From: Octopus bimaculoides
Taxonomy: Eukaryota
Length of the DNA: 64,000 nucleotides
Assembly (NCBI RefSeq): GCF_001194135.2
Contig: NC_068981.1
Location: 189,833,806 to 189,897,805 of the forward strand
Direction: 5' to 3'
The notes beneath the pieces were generated by a model, which worked only from the letters and a program-made list of their open reading frames with translations, was not told the origin of the DNA and made no database searches. The position numbers were made by a program, and so were the translations under genes. Each line of letters opens with the position of its first letter. The first letter of the stretch is position 1. Below, in pieces: positions 62,311-64,000 of the stretch.

Positions 62311-62538
62311 GTAGTAAAGATTTTTGCCAACATAACATGGTAGTCCTGGTTTAGGACTAATGTTGCTGTAATTTAGCCCCAGGAGACATCGTCTCCAGCT
62401 GGCTATACCACATGATCTGTGTCCTTATATTTTTGTGTCGTATAGCCAGCTGGAGACGATGTCTCCTGGGGCTAAATTACAGCAACATTCGTCTTAAACC
62501 AGGACTACCATGTTATGTTGGCAAACAATCTTTACTAC
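62311..62538. repeat. Near-perfect inverted repeat (98/99 bp arms, 31-nt spacer)
   Basis: Arms 62311-62408 and 62440-62538 differ by 2 substitutions and 1 indel. Confidence 0.95.
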
Positions 62539-62659
62539 GAAGTACTGTTGCTGAATATCTTTCGTTGTGACATTTACAAATAGTAATTTTCTAACCTAAT
62601 AGATTGTTGACCAAATACATATTATTGAACAGGTGGTGCCTCACTGGCTACTATTTACT

Positions 62660-62985
62660 ACTGGCACCCCACTGGTTACAAGGATGAGGATCCCGGTCAA
62701 TGCAGTGAATAGAACAGCCAGTTCATGAAATTAATGTGCAAGTGGCTGAGTACTCCACAGGCACATTGACACTTAATGTAGTTCTCAAGGATATTCAGCA
62801 TGACACACAATGTGATAAAGCTGACTCTTTGAATTACAGGTACTACTCATTTTCTGAAGGTGAGTGGACAAGAGGAACATGAAATGAAATTCCTTGCTCA
62901 AGGGCACAATGTGCTACTAGTAATTGAACTCACAACCTTACAATTGTGAGATGAACACCCTAATGAAGAAGCCAAATGCCTTCAC
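62660..62985 (-). mobile_element. Old SINE with a family F 3' module but a different head and core
   Basis: 3' part matches F (gtgcaagtggctgagtactccacag..ttaatgtagttctc); 5' part reads gtgaaggc..gagttcaatt..gtgcccttgagcaaggaatttcatttc..gtccactca..aaatgagtagtacc. Confidence 0.65.
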
Positions 62986-63713
62986 CATGGGCCTATATTT
63001 TGACAACTATTGTTGAATAGCTTATTGTGAAAAACTGCCTTTTGTTGAATGCTTCATGAATTGTTAATATGTATTATTGAATGCCTTCTGGACTGTTAAT
63101 GACAACAATAAGCAGTGTTGAATGCCTCATGAACTGTTTATGACTATATGCACATTCAAAGGCTCCATAAATTGTTGACTACCATGCATATTGTTGACTG
63201 CTACGAACATTGCTAATCACTAAACATCAGAACTGATTGCCATTCAAATTACAAATGTTGACTGTTTACAACGATGAAATTTGTTTCTTTCTGATGGAAT
63301 TCAAATTCAATGACTTCTAAAGTTTGAACACCTCCAAGTTTTAATGAATATCTGTCAGTGCCAGGAATATATATCAATTTCAAAGTCTGTGATTTCCTTT
63401 GCCAAGTAACATACAACCTTCATTATAATTGATGTTAATGGCTCTTACAAACCATTCCCCAATAATTATCTAATTTAGATGATTAAGTAATTCTATTTCT
63501 GTAAGGTTTGATGTCTGTAAATAATTGTGATGTAATCCTTTCTTCTCTTGCCTCAGTCTCCATTTACTGTTGATCCTTCACACTCAGATCTTCACTCTTG
63601 TGTTCAAAGTGAATTCTGCATTAAAACTACAAAAGATTTTTAGATGAATTATGGGGCATAACATTTCTGTTATTTAATTTTTGCATGTCCAGAATATCAA
63701 GCTTAATATGATG

Positions 63714-64000
63714 ATGATAATGATAATAACAACAATAATAATAATAATAATAACAATAATAATTAATAATAATAATAATAACAATAATAATAACAATAAT
63801 AATTAATAATAATAATAACAATAATAATTAATAATAATAATAACAATATTAATTAATAATAATAATAAGAAGAAGAAGAATAACAACGATAATAATTAAT
63901 AATAATAATAACAATATTAATTAGTAATAATAATAATAATACTAATAGTAATAATAATAATAACAACAACTACAACAATAATAATTAATAATAATAATAA
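63714..64000. repeat. (AAT/AAC)n array running to the window end
   Basis: Direct inspection. Confidence 0.95.

Larger units (their letters stand above)
61780..63260. repeat. Old degenerate minisatellite (recurring ttgttgaat..catgaatt motif), interrupted by insertions
   Basis: Many ttgttgaa/ttattgaa..atgaatt words at roughly 30-50 bp spacing. Confidence 0.55.

Overview
AT-rich, repeat-saturated eukaryotic genomic DNA from a gapped scaffold (N runs at 16337-16346, 17039-17593, 48911-49153, 53652-54450). The repeat repertoire resembles an octopod cephalopod (Octopus-like); this is inferred from recalled repeat families, not tested. I could not support any intact host protein-coding gene, rRNA, true tRNA or CRISPR array. 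Nearly all long ORFs in the track are microsatellite or N-run artefacts. The window is probably intronic or intergenic and contains: (i) many decayed RTE-clade LINE fragments and their 5'-truncated 3'-UTR tails ending in (GAT)n; (ii) at least three tRNA-headed SINE families (working names A, B, F); (iii) a Dong/R4-like LINE remnant; (iv) a Penelope-like GIY-YIG endonuclease fragment; (v) a hAT derivative, two TTAA-flanked piggyBac-type MITEs and several long hairpins; (vi) very large microsatellite arrays. The most interesting signal is a set of minimal type I hammerhead ribozyme motifs in four unrelated sequence contexts. One belongs to a repeat family (working name D) that joins a tRNA-like Pol III head, an (AAT)n spacer and a hammerhead-bearing Penelope-like terminus, and it occurs at all four of its loci as an asymmetric head-to-head inverted insertion. 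This is a candidate ribozyme-bearing, Penelope-mobilised SINE or retrozyme system. Also notable is a PHD-like C4HC3 zinc finger inserted inside the RT domain of the dominant RTE family. Family names A-F are my own labels and most repeat boundaries are approximate.
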